From positions 21,837,029 to 21,882,099 of the forward strand of contig NC_068991.1 of NCBI RefSeq assembly GCF_001194135.2: a DNA stretch of 45,071 nt. The letters are read 5' to 3'. The position numbers and the translations under genes were made by a program. Below, one piece after another: positions 25,401 through 37,789 of the stretch (position 1 is its first letter; every line of letters starts with the position of its first letter). The notes under the pieces were generated by a model. The model did not search any database and was not told the DNA's origin. It worked only from the letters and a program-made list of their open reading frames with translations. The stretch comes from Octopus bimaculoides. Taxonomy: Eukaryota.

Positions 25401-26924
25401 AACAGACTCCACTCCCCACCCCAGCTCAGCCTAGATTGAATAGATCTATGAGAAAGATGTCCCAGCCATGACTATCCCACATTATATGTCAATATTGTCC
25501 AATGTATCCATTATTTTAAGGTAGGATATATTTAAAGAGGGTGTTTGGCTGCTATTTCTAGAGTCTTCCTTGTTGACTTGAACAACTAATACTATAACAG
25601 GAATACACCATTCAAATATAGAATGAAATTTCTTAGAAAATTGCCCTTGTACTGAAGACAGAGGTCAGTATTTAAATGTTAATTGAGAAAAGCCATTTCA
25701 GTTATGTTTCAGTAAATTTACATATTTATTTATTTGTGTTCTGTCAATAAAAATATTCGTTATGTAAATTTTTGATTGAAATAGTGTCTTCCGTGTGCTC
25801 CAGAATGGGAGGGGGGGGGTTAATGTTTTGTGTGTAAATCTTAAAATCCTTGCTTTACTTTCTGTGAGATTTTGTTTCTGATAACAGTCCTTATTAAAAT
25901 CTTGCTCAATAGTGTAGAATAAATCCTGTTTATTGATATTTTTTATTATTATTATTATTATTATGAAACTTATTTCTTGTATCAATTAAAATATTGATTT
26001 TAAAAAAATCAAAAAGCAAAAGTATTTAAACCCTATGGTTGTGCAAATGATTTTTTTTTTTTTCATTTTTATTTATTGATTGTATTTATTTATTTGTTAA
26101 ATTATAGGAAGGGAATGTGTGGTTTGAGAAAATAAATGGCATCTTACATTGATACTGTTGTTGTTCTTGATCATCATTTTTAAGTTTGCTTCTGTACTGT
26201 CATAAGCTTGGAAATTTTGCCTATTGAAATATTCTTTTACAATCAGATGCTTTTCCTGTCACCAAGTGTTGCTTGTTATTTATTTTATTGTCTTCATTAG
26301 TCATTGAGCTACAGGACAAATTGTTTATAGGAGACCTAACATCACTATTTTCCCCCCCTCAGACTGTGTCAAGCAAAGATACATGGAATGTGAACCTTTA
26401 TATACACACTTGCACCTATCTGCCTCCTCAAATCCTAACTGAACTCAATGCTAACTTTTACCCTGTTGACAGCATCTCTGTATATGGTTCTTAAGGATTA
26501 CTACAATAAGTAGAGCAACTAACAAAATGCTTTGCATATTCGGTTACATCAAATCAGGTGTGAACTGACTACACTTTCCATTCTTCCAGAGATCAATACA
26601 TAGCAGAAATTAGTCTGTCTAGTTTTTGTTTTTTGTCTTTTTTTTTTAACAATCACCATGGTAACCTACCCAATGTTTTTCCTAGAGCCAAAAATGTTTG
26701 ATACAATTGTTTGTTCTTTGTTTAGAATTTTTCCTGTGGTTATTTCACAAGCTAGAATACATCAGTGGTTGCCCCATCTTAGCAGAAACCTAAACTGCAT
26801 TTCATCTGAGTTAATTTTATTCCTAAATAGCTGTGCTATAACTGTTATTTCCATATAATTTTAGTTCATCAGCTTAATGTCTCTATAGTTCTTTCTTTCT
26901 AGTGCATTTTCTTTTTCCTTGTAG

Positions 26925-27100
26925 CATTTGTTGATGACAATACTGCTATTACAATCGTTCAAAGTTATTTCTTCAGCTTCAGGATTGACTATGTGAATGA
27001 CCAACTCATCATGCTTAGCTGGATCTTTTCAGCATCTCTGCAACTATACCTGACATTCCAGCTGCCTTCATTACCTTCCGTGTGTTAGGCCTTTTGTTAC
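26925..27100 (-). mobile_element. RTE-clade LINE reverse transcriptase remnant
   Basis: Minus strand gives KAAGMSGIVAEMLK...ELVIHIVN...SSIVINKCYK with stops, resembling the RTE KAPGPxGIxAEMLK...DWxxSxIxxxYKGKG region. Confidence 0.7.
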
Positions 27101-27384
27101 TGTATTTCTACTGAAATACACTGTATGTTTGAATTTATTTTGAAAATAAGGAAGAACTCATCAAACTAACATTCATTATAATGCTGATGTTTGGATCATA
27201 AATTAGCATGAAATTTTGATGAATAATTTTTATCAAACAGGAAATTTGTATCATCGAATGCAGAGTCAATCCCAGGCAGGTTGGTATCAAAAGGGTTAAT
27301 GACATTTCAACCATTTAGTGATTTCAGTAGTATCACTGATTTAAATGATGTGCATTCATAACACACATGAATCATTGTCAGAAC

Positions 27385-27703
27385 GTAAAGGATAAAGACC
27401 CCCTTCGGTCATGAATGCCCATGGGATTGCACCAAGAAAGTTTTCCTCCAAGGCACCAGTCCAGGCAAGACTAGTAGTTGCCTATGCATACCAGCCTCCC
27501 CTCTCCATGCCACCGATGTTAACCAAGGGAAAGGCAAAGGCTGATCCAGCTTGGTACCAGTGATGCCACAACTCATTTGAACTGGAGCAACATGACAAAG
27601 TGTCTTGCTCAAGAACACAATACACAGCCCAGTCCAGGAATCAAACTTACTACCTCATGATTGCGAACCCAAAGCTCTAACCACTGAGCCATGCACCTTC
27701 ACA
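27385..27703 (-). mobile_element. tRNA-derived CORE-like SINE
   Basis: Minus-strand head GTGAAGGTGCATGGCTCAGTGGTTAGAGC...TTTGATTCCTGG followed by CORE-like GTGTTCTTGAGCAAGACACTT. Confidence 0.75.
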
Positions 27704-29369
27704 ATGTACTGAGAATGAACAAATACATTATTATTTAGATTCTCACTTTTCTATATGTACTTCATGCATTTTTACCAGTTTGATAGACAACAGCACACCC
27801 CAGCAAATAATGCGTTTACTGATTTCTATAAACAAGAGTTAGTATTCTTGTTAGATTCATTGATAGTTTTGAGTGAGGAAGCACGCAATAAGGCTGGAAC
27901 ACTACAATGTGACAAAGTTCCCTTACATCAATGAACTGCATGTGTTATGAATGCAAAGCATCTAAAGAGAGGGGGTCTTCTCTGATGATGAAAAACAACA
28001 GTAATCAGAAATTTCCGTTCAAATCTGAAGTATAGAGAATGAATAGGTACATTATTGTTTGGATTCTCTCTGTTCTGCTTGCAGCTCATAAATTATAAAT
28101 AACATTTATTTTTTTCAAGTCATTTTAAGTCAAGAAAATATATAAAATATTTATTCAATATTTTCATTTGGTTTTATAAAACTTTTTGAAAACAAAAAGC
28201 AACTTTAAAAAAAAAAAATAAACAAAGAGAAAAAACAAACATAAATATGGCATTTTCCAAGCACTGGAAATATATATATTAAAAAAAAAGCAATTTTAAA
28301 ATTTGCTTAAAAAATATTACTTCACACACAATTCAAATAGTACTAATAAAATTTTTAATATAACAGTGAAACATTTTCATGGCAATGAAATGACCAACAA
28401 GGAAAATCAAACCAGAGCTGAAAATTGTGCCATTTTATATTGTTTTATACATAATCATTATTCATTATGTGTTTTTGTTTTTCTATTTGTTTTTGGTATT
28501 TTCTTTAAAATTTTAACAATTTCTTGCGTCTGAAATGTTTTTTTTTTTTTTTTTTTTTTTTTTTTTCCTCTGGTAAATTTGTGGCCTCAGTAATGTGTCA
28601 TACAGAATTTCCATACACACGTTCCTATACTATCACACACACTCAGAATATACATTATATATTCACGCAAATAAAGAAAAAAAAAAATCACAAATACAAT
28701 TTCAGTCAAAAACAGACAAACATAGATAAAAATTCAAAAAAGTACATGTAAACATTTACAGGCAAATATAAATACAGGGGCAGACAGAGACAAACAGTCA
28801 CACAAACACAGGAACAAACACCTTATACACACAACACAAATAAACGGAAATATACAAACAGGAAAATAAAAGCAAACAAAATAGATTGAATGTGTGTAAG
28901 CTTAGACACCAAAGTTAAAATGTTCGCTTTGTAACTATGGTTCTAGCTTTAAAATTACTGTGTGGCAGCACATTGGTAAGCTTACCCTGTAGTTGCAGGT
29001 CAACCAATGTCAGTGGAATTTGGTAGTCAGAAACTATATAGAAGTCCATCATACGTGTGTGTGTGTGTGTGTGTGATTATCATCATTTAGCGTCCATTTT
29101 CCATGCTGGCATGGCTTACATGGTTTGACTGGAACTGGTAAGCCAGAGAGCTGCACCAGATTCCAGTCTGTTTTGACTTGGTTTCTACAGCTGGATGCTC
29201 TTCTTAATGCTATTCACTCCATAGAGTGTACTGGTTGCCTGTTATATGTCACTGGCACAGGTGCCTCACATGTGCCACCAGCACAGCCCACAACTATGAT
29301 TTTACTAAGCTCGACATATCTTCTCAAGCACAGCAAACTGCAAAAAGTGTCTCAGTCACTTACATATAT

Positions 29370-29401
<32 letters not shown>

Positions 29402-30300
29402 CATTTAATATCCATTTTTCTGGGCAAGCATGGGTCAGACAGAATTTGTTGAAGCAGGTTTTTTTCTAGGGCCAGATGCAACTTATTATCACTAACCCTC
29501 ACCCCTTTCCAAGTAAGGTAATATTTCCCCAGAGCCAAACATGTTTCCCCACAAAAGACTAAGAATGAACATCACTTCCACGACAGTGATATTTATTTAC
29601 AACCATTATGTGATGTCAAGATAAGTATACACACACATATATATGCAGGACTGCTGATGTCAACCAAATTCTCTCACAAGAATTTGTTTGGCCAGAGCTA
29701 CAGTAGAAGACACCTGCTTAAGGTGCACAGAGTGACAGTGGACCCCATAAAAATACACACAGAAATAGACACACATACACACACATATATAAATATATAC
29801 ATACACGGAAACGAATAATTTAACCTATCATGTTCAGTAAACAGTTCTCTCTTCAATTAAATTTTACAAACAGAATCAACAACAATATTGACTTGTCAGA
29901 GGATTTGAACTAATAGACAAAACAATATACACCCTTTGTATAAGCATCTATAATTGTTAATTACAGTTGAATAACAAGTCCCCTATTTAATGAAGTGGAA
30001 AAATATGGTGTCTGTCAGTCGAAAAGTCAAAGGTCCGTATTCTCTCACCGGTATTGTTCAGTGTTTGCTACAAAAACACTTCACTTTTGTAAACCCAGTC
30101 TCATTAACTGTACAGTGAGGAGACACATTTCACTACTGTAACTCAGTTAGCCCTCACAGGTGTAAATAAATACCATGGATGGATTGATACAGCATACTGC
30201 TGGTCAAGTCCACCCATGATATGCTTACAGAGTCCTTAACGTACATATTTGCCAGTTACATACAGATTAAATTAAAGAGACCTGTATATTTTAAACTGAT

Positions 30301-31020
30301 TGGATCTAGTTCTAAATGGGGGCACCAGTTTTCATTTATGTTTTATGTAGTGTTTTTGGTACCGAAAGACTTTCAAACTTCGTATACTTATCTATTTTGT
30401 GTTATAGAACAGAAAAAAATTTTTGTATTCGAAGTTATTTCATGTAAAAAAGTGTCTTATTTCTATAATTTCAACCAATCACTGACAAGTATTCAGCTGT
30501 TTACAGTTACTCCTTTGGCAGTTTAAGCGGTGTAAAGCGTATTTAATCTCCATTATTTCTGACATTTTGCAGAGAGGCAACACACGTGTGTTCGTTTTCC
30601 TTCGTTTTATTTTTAATATAATTTCATTAACATCTGCCTGAACTGTATGTGTACAACATTTGCCCTAACCCTTCCCTCAAAAACCAGGCCTTGTGCCTAT
30701 AATAGAAAGGTTTATTAGCTACTGCCAATATGCTTCAGCCATTTTTTGACAAGGAAATAATAATTTTATCACCACCAGAATTGTTTGAGAATCGTTTGTT
30801 TACGTAGTCAGCACTTAATGTATTCGGCTGAATGGACGTCAGTCATTGGTTGAAATTAGAGAAATACGACAACTTTAACATGAAATAAGTTGCAATATAA
30901 TAATTTTTCTTAAGAAGACTAAGAGAAAAAGATGTTTTATATGACACATTCTACCAGTGTCCCAAGTTTCAAAGTGTTTCGTTAAGAAAATACTGGCGCC
31001 CCCGTTTTGAACTAGATCCA
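30301..31020. mobile_element. Non-autonomous TIR element (MITE-like), superfamily unassigned
   Basis: 29-bp TIRs TGGATCTAGTTC(T/A)AAA(T/C)GGGGGC(A/G)CCAGT, subterminal inverted similarity for ~200 bp, and flanking ACTGAT direct repeats at 30295-30300 and 31021-31026. Confidence 0.85.
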
Positions 31021-32034
31021 ACTGATTTCCATCCACTTTTTCATAATGAACTTATTTCTACATAATTACACACACACACACACACACACACAGACTTATA
31101 ACTAACAAGGAAAGAGCACATCTATGTCATGTGTGTGTGAGTTTTCTGTTCGTTCTTTTGTCCAGCTTCTGTTTTAACTTTTGAAACTTGTATACATATA
31201 CATACACAAACACACATGCAGACTTTCATATATACATTTAATCTATGGGATCATGCTGCAGAAAACAACTGTTAAAATAGTATCAATGAAATGAGCAAGC
31301 TAAAAAGAAAAAAAAATGAATTAGAAAGGCATTGGAGGGGTGATGCATATCCTGCACGCAGATAAATTTTTTCACAAATTATAGTGTGCTGTTTAATTGA
31401 TCGGAATTAAGCTTTGTAAGTGTTTGACTAAACTTGCTTATTGGGAAATTTCTAAGTTTGATCTAAAATTTTTTTTGAAGTGTCACCATTATAGGTATTT
31501 ATACTCCAGTGAAATTAAGAAATCAACTCATAAATAAATGAAACCCTTGAACCCATCACTGTACACACACACACACACACACACACAGTGGCATATCTAT
31601 GTATGTCTTTATGTAAGTTTGAAGATAAATAAAACTTTCATCACTTCGAACCACTCACCCAATGAGTATTTCTGCCAAAATTTGATGAAAACCTGTTCAG
31701 CCATTTTCCAGTTATTTTGCAGACACTGACAAAGACGAGTGAATACAATACCCTGCTTTCACTTATGTACACAGGATAAAAATCTAAAGGAATTTGTGTT
31801 AGAACTTTTGTTGCAAACTAATTGTATTAGAATTTTGCAGTAATCAGTAAAGTTAACTCTTTTGATACCAACTTGTCTGAGACTGCCTCTCATTCTATTA
31901 TAAAAATTTCCTGTCTTAAAGCTTTCCATGAAAATTTCATGTTAATTTATGTTTCAGATACCAGTTTGATAATGACAAAATTACTTTGCTGGCTTCTCTG
32001 TTATTTTCAAAATTATTATAAATAAAGGCAGTGT

Positions 32035-32416
32035 TGTTGGCACTCCGTCGCTTACGACGTCGAGGGTTCCAGTTGATCCGATCAACGGAGCAGCCTGCTC
32101 GTGAAATTAACGTGCAAGTGGCTGAGCACTCTACAGACACGTATACCCTTAACGTTGTTCTCGGGGATATTCAGCGTGACACAGTGTGACAAGGCTGACC
32201 CTTTGAATTACAGGCACAACAGAAACAGGAAGTAAGAGTGAGAGAAAGTTGTGGTGAAAGAGTACAGCAGGGTTCGCCACCATCCCCTGCTGGAGCATCG
32301 TGGAGCTTTAGGTGTTTTCGCTCAATAAACACTCACAACACCCGGTCTGGGAATCGAAACCATGATCCCAAGACCGCGAGTCCACTGCACTAACCACTGG
32401 GCCATTGCGCCTCCAT
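32035..32416 (-). mobile_element. Full-length tRNA-derived SINE with 12-bp TSD
   Basis: Minus-strand head GGAGGCGCAATGGCCCAGTGGTTAG...GGTTTCGATTCCC (A and B boxes); TAAAGGCAGTGT duplicated at 32023-32034 and 32417-32428. Confidence 0.88.
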
Positions 32417-32699
32417 TAAAGGCAGTGTAGTCTAACAGAAATATGGTAACAAATAAGTTAAACTCAAAGAACTACTGCCAATGTTTTAATTTCATGGGGT
32501 CAGAGGTTATTTCAAGCAATAGCAGCATTGCATAATGGTGGTGTTATTTTTTTCTTTTAATATCCTATGAAACGTTTTCGGTTTATTTTTATAGAAACTA
32601 TCAGTTTTCCTTTTTCACAGCAATTAATATTTTCTTCCACTAGATAGACTTTGTATATCAGTTGAGGAGTTTCGCTATTTACAGAATTTTTTCTATGAA

Positions 32700-33109
32700 T
32701 TATTACACACACATATATGTGCATACAAATATATTCATAAATACATATGTATATGTACACATATACATATATATATATATGTCTACACACACACACACAT
32801 ATATACACACAAACACACACACATATATACACATACATACATACACACACATATATATATACACACATATATATACACATACACAGATACATATAAACAC
32901 ACACACACATGTATATACATATACACACACANNNNNNNNNNACATGTATATACATATACACACACATATATATACACATATATATACACGCATATACACA
33001 CACACATATATACACACACATATATACACACACATATGTCTGTCTACACATATACATATCTATACATATAAACATATCTTTATCTACACATATATATACA
33101 TACATATCT

Positions 33110-33150
<41 letters not shown>
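32700..33150. repeat. (CA)/(TA) compound microsatellite
   Basis: Direct reading. Similar fields at 220-310, 555-660, 34150-34520 and 42660-42983. Confidence 0.9.
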
Positions 33151-33152
<2 letters not shown>

Positions 33153-34147
33153 GGGGTTGGACAAAATAACAGAAACACCTAGCATCATAGCTTCATAATT
33201 TTGAAATATCTATAAAACCATCAAAGGCTTGTTTATTTCTATGTCTTTTGATTTATTATTAGTGTTGCATAATATGTTTTGCTAAAATTGCTGTTTCTTT
33301 TCAGATATTATCAGAAAAAGGTAATTAAAATTCATTATGACAGATCTATCAGACTTTCAAAGAGGTCAAATTGTTGGTGCTCGTATGGCAGGTGCTAGCA
33401 TAATGAAAACAGCCGAAATGTTTGGTGTATCAAGAAGTACTGTCTCAAAAATAATGACAGCCTTTGAGAAAGAGGGAAAAAACCTCCTCATCAAAAAACT
33501 CTGGAAGAAGACCAAAACTTTCATATAGGGACCATCGGACTCTTACGCAAATTGTTAGAAAGGATCACAAAAGTACNNNNNNNNNNNNNNNNNNNNNNNN
33601 NNNNNNNNNNNNNNNNNNNNNNNNNNNNNNNNNNNNNNNNNNNNNNNNNNNNNNNNNNNNNNNNNNNNNNNNNNNNNNNNNNNNNNNNNNNNNNNNNNNN
33701 NNNNNNNNNNNNNNNNNNNNNNNNNNNNNNNNNNNNNNNNNNNNNNNNNNNNNNNNNNNNNNNNNNNNNNNNNNNNNNNNNNNNNNNNNNNNNNNNNNNN
33801 NNNNNNNNNNNNNNNNNNNNNNNNNNNNNNNNNNNNNNNNNNNNNNNNNNNNNNNNNNNNNNNNNNNNNNNNNNNNNNNNNNNNNNNNNNNNNNNNNNNN
33901 NNNNNNNNNNNNNNNNNNNNNNNNNNNNNNNNNNNNNNNNNNNNNNNNNNNNNNNNNNNNNNNNNNNNNNNNNNNNNNNNNNNNNNNNNNNNNNNNNNNN
34001 NNNNNNNNNNNNNNNNNNNNNNNNNNNNNNNNNNNNNNNNNNNNNNNNNNNNNNNNNNNNNNNNNNNNNNNNNNNNNNNNNNNNNNNNNNNNNNNNNNNN
34101 NNNNNNNNNNNNNNNNNNNNNNNNNNNNNNNNNNNNNNCAACCCCTG
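33151..34147 (+). mobile_element. Tc1-like DNA transposon, interior lost in an assembly gap
   Basis: Left TIR CAGGGGTTGGACAAAATAA; right end CAACCCCTG+TA. Transposase N-terminus MTDLSDFQRGQIVGARMAGASIMKTAEMFGVSRSTVSKIM, then a frameshift in an A-run, then SGRRPKLSYRDHRTL. Confidence 0.9.
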
Positions 34148-34343
34148 TACATGCAAGCATACATATATGCATACGTACATGCATACATACATGCATACAT
34201 ACATACATGGATACATACATATATGCATACATACATATATACATACATATATACATGCATACATACACACATATGCATACATACATGCATACACACATAT
34301 ATGCATACACACATATGCATACATACATACATACACACATATG

Positions 34344-34380
<37 letters not shown>

Positions 34381-35688
34381 CCCACACACAAATACATATA
34401 TATACATACACACAAATATATATATATGTACACATATTTATACATATATAGACATACATATATATATACATACATATATATATACATACATATTTATACA
34501 TATATACATATTTTATGATTTCACTTAGGCATAGTAATACTAATAACCAGTTGTTAGAACTCAATAATGCTCCAGAGTAGTGTCAGGTGATTACAGAGTA
34601 TAATATTAATGAATGACAAAAGAACAGAGTTACATAATCATCTCCATTAGCTTACACCTGTAAACTAATGAAGGTAATTAGGTAATTCCTATGCTTTTGT
34701 CAATCAATTATATATACACACACACACACACACACACAAATATATATATTGTATATGTATTTCAGCCTGATAAGTAGTTAGTGGAGTACCCCTCATTGGA
34801 TAATTATTATTTCCAAGGATCTGCTGGCTAGGAAACATATGCTCCATTCCTTCAATTTGGATTTTTTTTTTTGCATTCATAGCAACCCAAGTTACTAACT
34901 GTGAACTATGAAAAAAACATTTTTCAGCTTATTGAACTTCGATATGGGAAAAGCATACAACCTTCTGCACCAATAAACCATCATTTTCCTGAAAGTTGTT
35001 TTTTTTATATCTACCACGGACAGCTTAAAGCTTTAGATCCTAGATCCTTGGATCTTACAATTACATATCATTATATATATATCGAGAGTGACATTGAACA
35101 GATGGATATTGGATATCCTAAGAAGTGACAGAAGACTTAAAAAGCCAATGTATTTATAAACTATATACATAATAAAAATATATATTAAAACAAAAAGTAC
35201 ACCCTCTTGATATAAACATTATTATATTATGCTTATCATATTTGATAAGTCTACAGATATAAACATTATCAAGCTTCTCATATTGTAAATTCAAGTAAGG
35301 TTAATGTATTGTAATATACAGAAGCAATAAAATGCATATACATGATACTCTGTTTGCAAGCAGTGTTACAAAATGATAAAAAGAACTCAATACATAAAGT
35401 AGAGTAGCTAATTTTTTTGTTTTTGCTATTGTTAGTATTTACCAAAACATTATTTTTCATATTTTGCCGATTTGCCATCAGATGACTGCCTCTTTGGCTT
35501 GAAATTTGAAATAATAGAACAGTAGGCAAATCTAACAATAATATTATACATGTGTGTGAGTGTTTGTAAGTGTGTATATATATGTATGTATATGCATTTC
35601 CCTCTTCTTGCTGTCTTGGTAAAAATACTCCCATTCGTGTCTGGCTTTTTGTGAGTACTGTACATATTGTCCAACAAAGGACACATAA

Positions 35689-35856
35689 TCAGGATTTCTT
35701 CGGACAAAGCCAAAGATGAAGATAACACACTTTATCCACGGAGCCTTGAGGAAAATGACCAGAACATTTACACTGGTACTGATTGTATTCATTCTCTATC
35801 AGTTGTGTCGACAGACCGTGATAAACAGAGCATGTAGCTGACATCACAATATAATT
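35689..35856 (-). CDS. Terminal coding exon of the same protein
   Basis: Strong acceptor tttttctttctctgtttccctttcAG, phase 0: NYIVMSATCSVYHGLSTQLIENEYNQYQCKCSGHFPQGSVDKVCYLHLWLCPKKS*. Confidence 0.8.
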   Translation of the reverse strand, partial: NYIVMSATCSVYHGLSTQLIENEYNQYQCKCSGHFPQGSVDKVCYLHLWLCPKKS

Positions 35857-36004
35857 CTGAAAGGGAAACAGAGAAAGAAAAACAGATGACAACATATGAA
35901 ACAGTAAACACACATGAACAAAGCTTCTACATCAAGTATAGGCAACATTTTTTTCCCCCAAGGAGTGGTTCACATGAGACATGGTGTATCGTTCGGTGAG
36001 CTAT

Positions 36005-36219
36005 TATCTTTTATCTTTTACTTGTTTCAGTCATTAGACTGCAGCCACGTTGGGGCACCATCTTCAAGGGTTTTACTCAAACAAATCGACCCCAAGAATT
36101 ATTTTTTGGAGCCTAGTATTTATTCTATTGGTCTCTCTTGCCAAACCACTAAGTTACAAGGATGGGAACACATCAACACCAGTTGTCAAGTGTTGGTGTG
36201 AGACAAACACAGACACAAA

Positions 36220-36262
<43 letters not shown>

Positions 36263-36425
36263 ATGGACTTCTTTCAGTTTCCATTTACCAAATCCACTCA
36301 CAAGGCTTTGGTTGACCTGAGACTATAACAGAAGACACTTGCCCAAGGTGCCACGCAGAAGGGGCTGATCCCAGAACTATGTGGCTGGGAGGCAAGCTTC
36401 TTTCCACACAGCCATGCCAGTGCCT
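36005..36425 (-). mobile_element. SINE family A copy in an intron of the minus-strand gene
   Basis: Head GGCATGGCTGTGTGGAAAGAAGCTTGCC...GGGATCAGCCCC, CORE-like GTGGCACCTTGGGCAAGTGTCTT. Partial copies at ~2545-2700, 3380-3480, 9480-9650, 10735-10860, 28920-29050 and 29650-29750. Confidence 0.85.
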
Positions 36426-36750
36426 ACTAAAAAAAACTAAAGGTAATTTTTCATTAGGTGTTCAGAAAGCCCATTATGGCTGCTCAACAAGATAGCTTAG
36501 TTTGCAAGAAATGGTAGTTAAATCTCTGTCTGTAAAGGGTAGTTTTACCTACACTCTCTCTTTTCAGGCATCATGCATACAGGCACTGGTAATCACAGAT
36601 TTCTATAGCAAAATCTAAAGATTCATCATTTTTTCTTGAGAAAGATCCAACAGTAGTTTCCCAAAATACAGAGGTCTCAAAAATACAGAGTGACCAACCA
36701 TAATGCCAACTGGAGAATAGTAATCTAAAATTAAGTTATATAGTACTTAC

Positions 36751-36861
36751 TTTAAGCGTGTCCTGAAGTGGAGCCCATATTGTTGAGGTCACCTCCTGTC
36801 CACTTGAGTCATGCCTGGATTTGTATTTACATTTGGAAAGATCTCCAACTCCGGGTGGACC
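36751..36861 (-). CDS. Penultimate exon of the same protein
   Basis: Acceptor atcAG and donor AAA|GTAAGT; 111 nt, phase 0-0: GPPGVGDLSKCKYKSRHDSSGQEVTSTIWAPLQDTLK. It continues the GPQ-GPP-GVG triplets across the intron. Confidence 0.85.
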
Positions 36862-36994
36862 CTGATAGTATCAACGATTACAATGGAAATTAATATATAA
36901 ACACACACATATACACACATGCACAAATATTATATGTAATTCTTTTTTGGGACACTGGGTCTTGAAGCATATCCCATAAAGCCATAAATAACAT

Positions 36995-37265
36995 CATCAT
37001 CATCATTATCATCATCGTTTAACGTCCGCCTTCCATGCTGGCATATCATCATCGTCGTCGTTTAACGTCCGCTTTCCATGCTAGCATGGGTTGGACAATT
37101 TGACTGAGGACTGGTGAAACCGGATGGCAACACTAGGCTCCAATCTGATTTGGCAGAGTTTCTACAGCTGGATCCCCTTCCTAACGCCAACCACTCTGAG
37201 AGTGTAGTGGGTGCTTTTACGTGTCACCCACACGAAGGCCAGTCAGGCAGTACTGGCAAAGCAGG
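36995..37265 (-). mobile_element. RTE-type 3' end copy with duplicated terminus
   Basis: catcatcgtttaacgtccgc(c/t)ttccatgct occurs twice in tandem (~37012-37052 and ~37055-37085). Confidence 0.8.
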
Positions 37266-37740
37266 TAAATATTGGGCTGAGAAACCTTTTTTGAAAGGAA
37301 AAGTTGAAGGCTGGGAATGTTCCCAAAGTGAATTATTTCCATGTGTGTGTATGTGTGTGTATACATATAATACATAAACAGACACACACACACACCTCAA
37401 AACTAAATAGAGACCCCTCATTATACTGTTTCATATTGTTTTATCATTAAAACTACATAACATATGTCTACTAAGTAGTAGATCATGCATTTAAATGCAC
37501 CAAATCACATTATTTTGTTCTTAGAAATAAATCTTTCAAAAATAGCATCTATTCTCTTTTGAAATATCTGTGTATGTGTATACACACACACGCTTTATAT
37601 TCCAAAGGTGACAAGTTCAAAAGAGACTATGCCCAGCCACTTAGAGTAAAGTACTCAAAGGTAAATCTGAGTGTGAATAAAATGTTCAATCCATAATCAT
37701 TACAAAATATACTTTGACTAATGGTTATGAATTAGATATG

Positions 37741-37789
<49 letters not shown>

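Noticed and set aside
27170-31990. piggyBac-like TTAA-CCCTTTTGATACC ends at ~27298 and ~31855
   Set aside because: They point away from each other, so they are not the two ends of one element; isolated fragments only.
32335-32416. tRNA-like A/B-box sequences (also 27630-27703 and 36350-36425)
   Set aside because: They are SINE heads, continuous with SINE bodies (and a TSD in the 32035-32416 copy); no complete cloverleaf.
34929-34990. Minus-strand ENDGLLVQKVVCFSHIEVQ* after tttcAG
   Set aside because: The acceptor is preceded by an A-run, and it lies downstream of the gene's established stop with no donor to connect.
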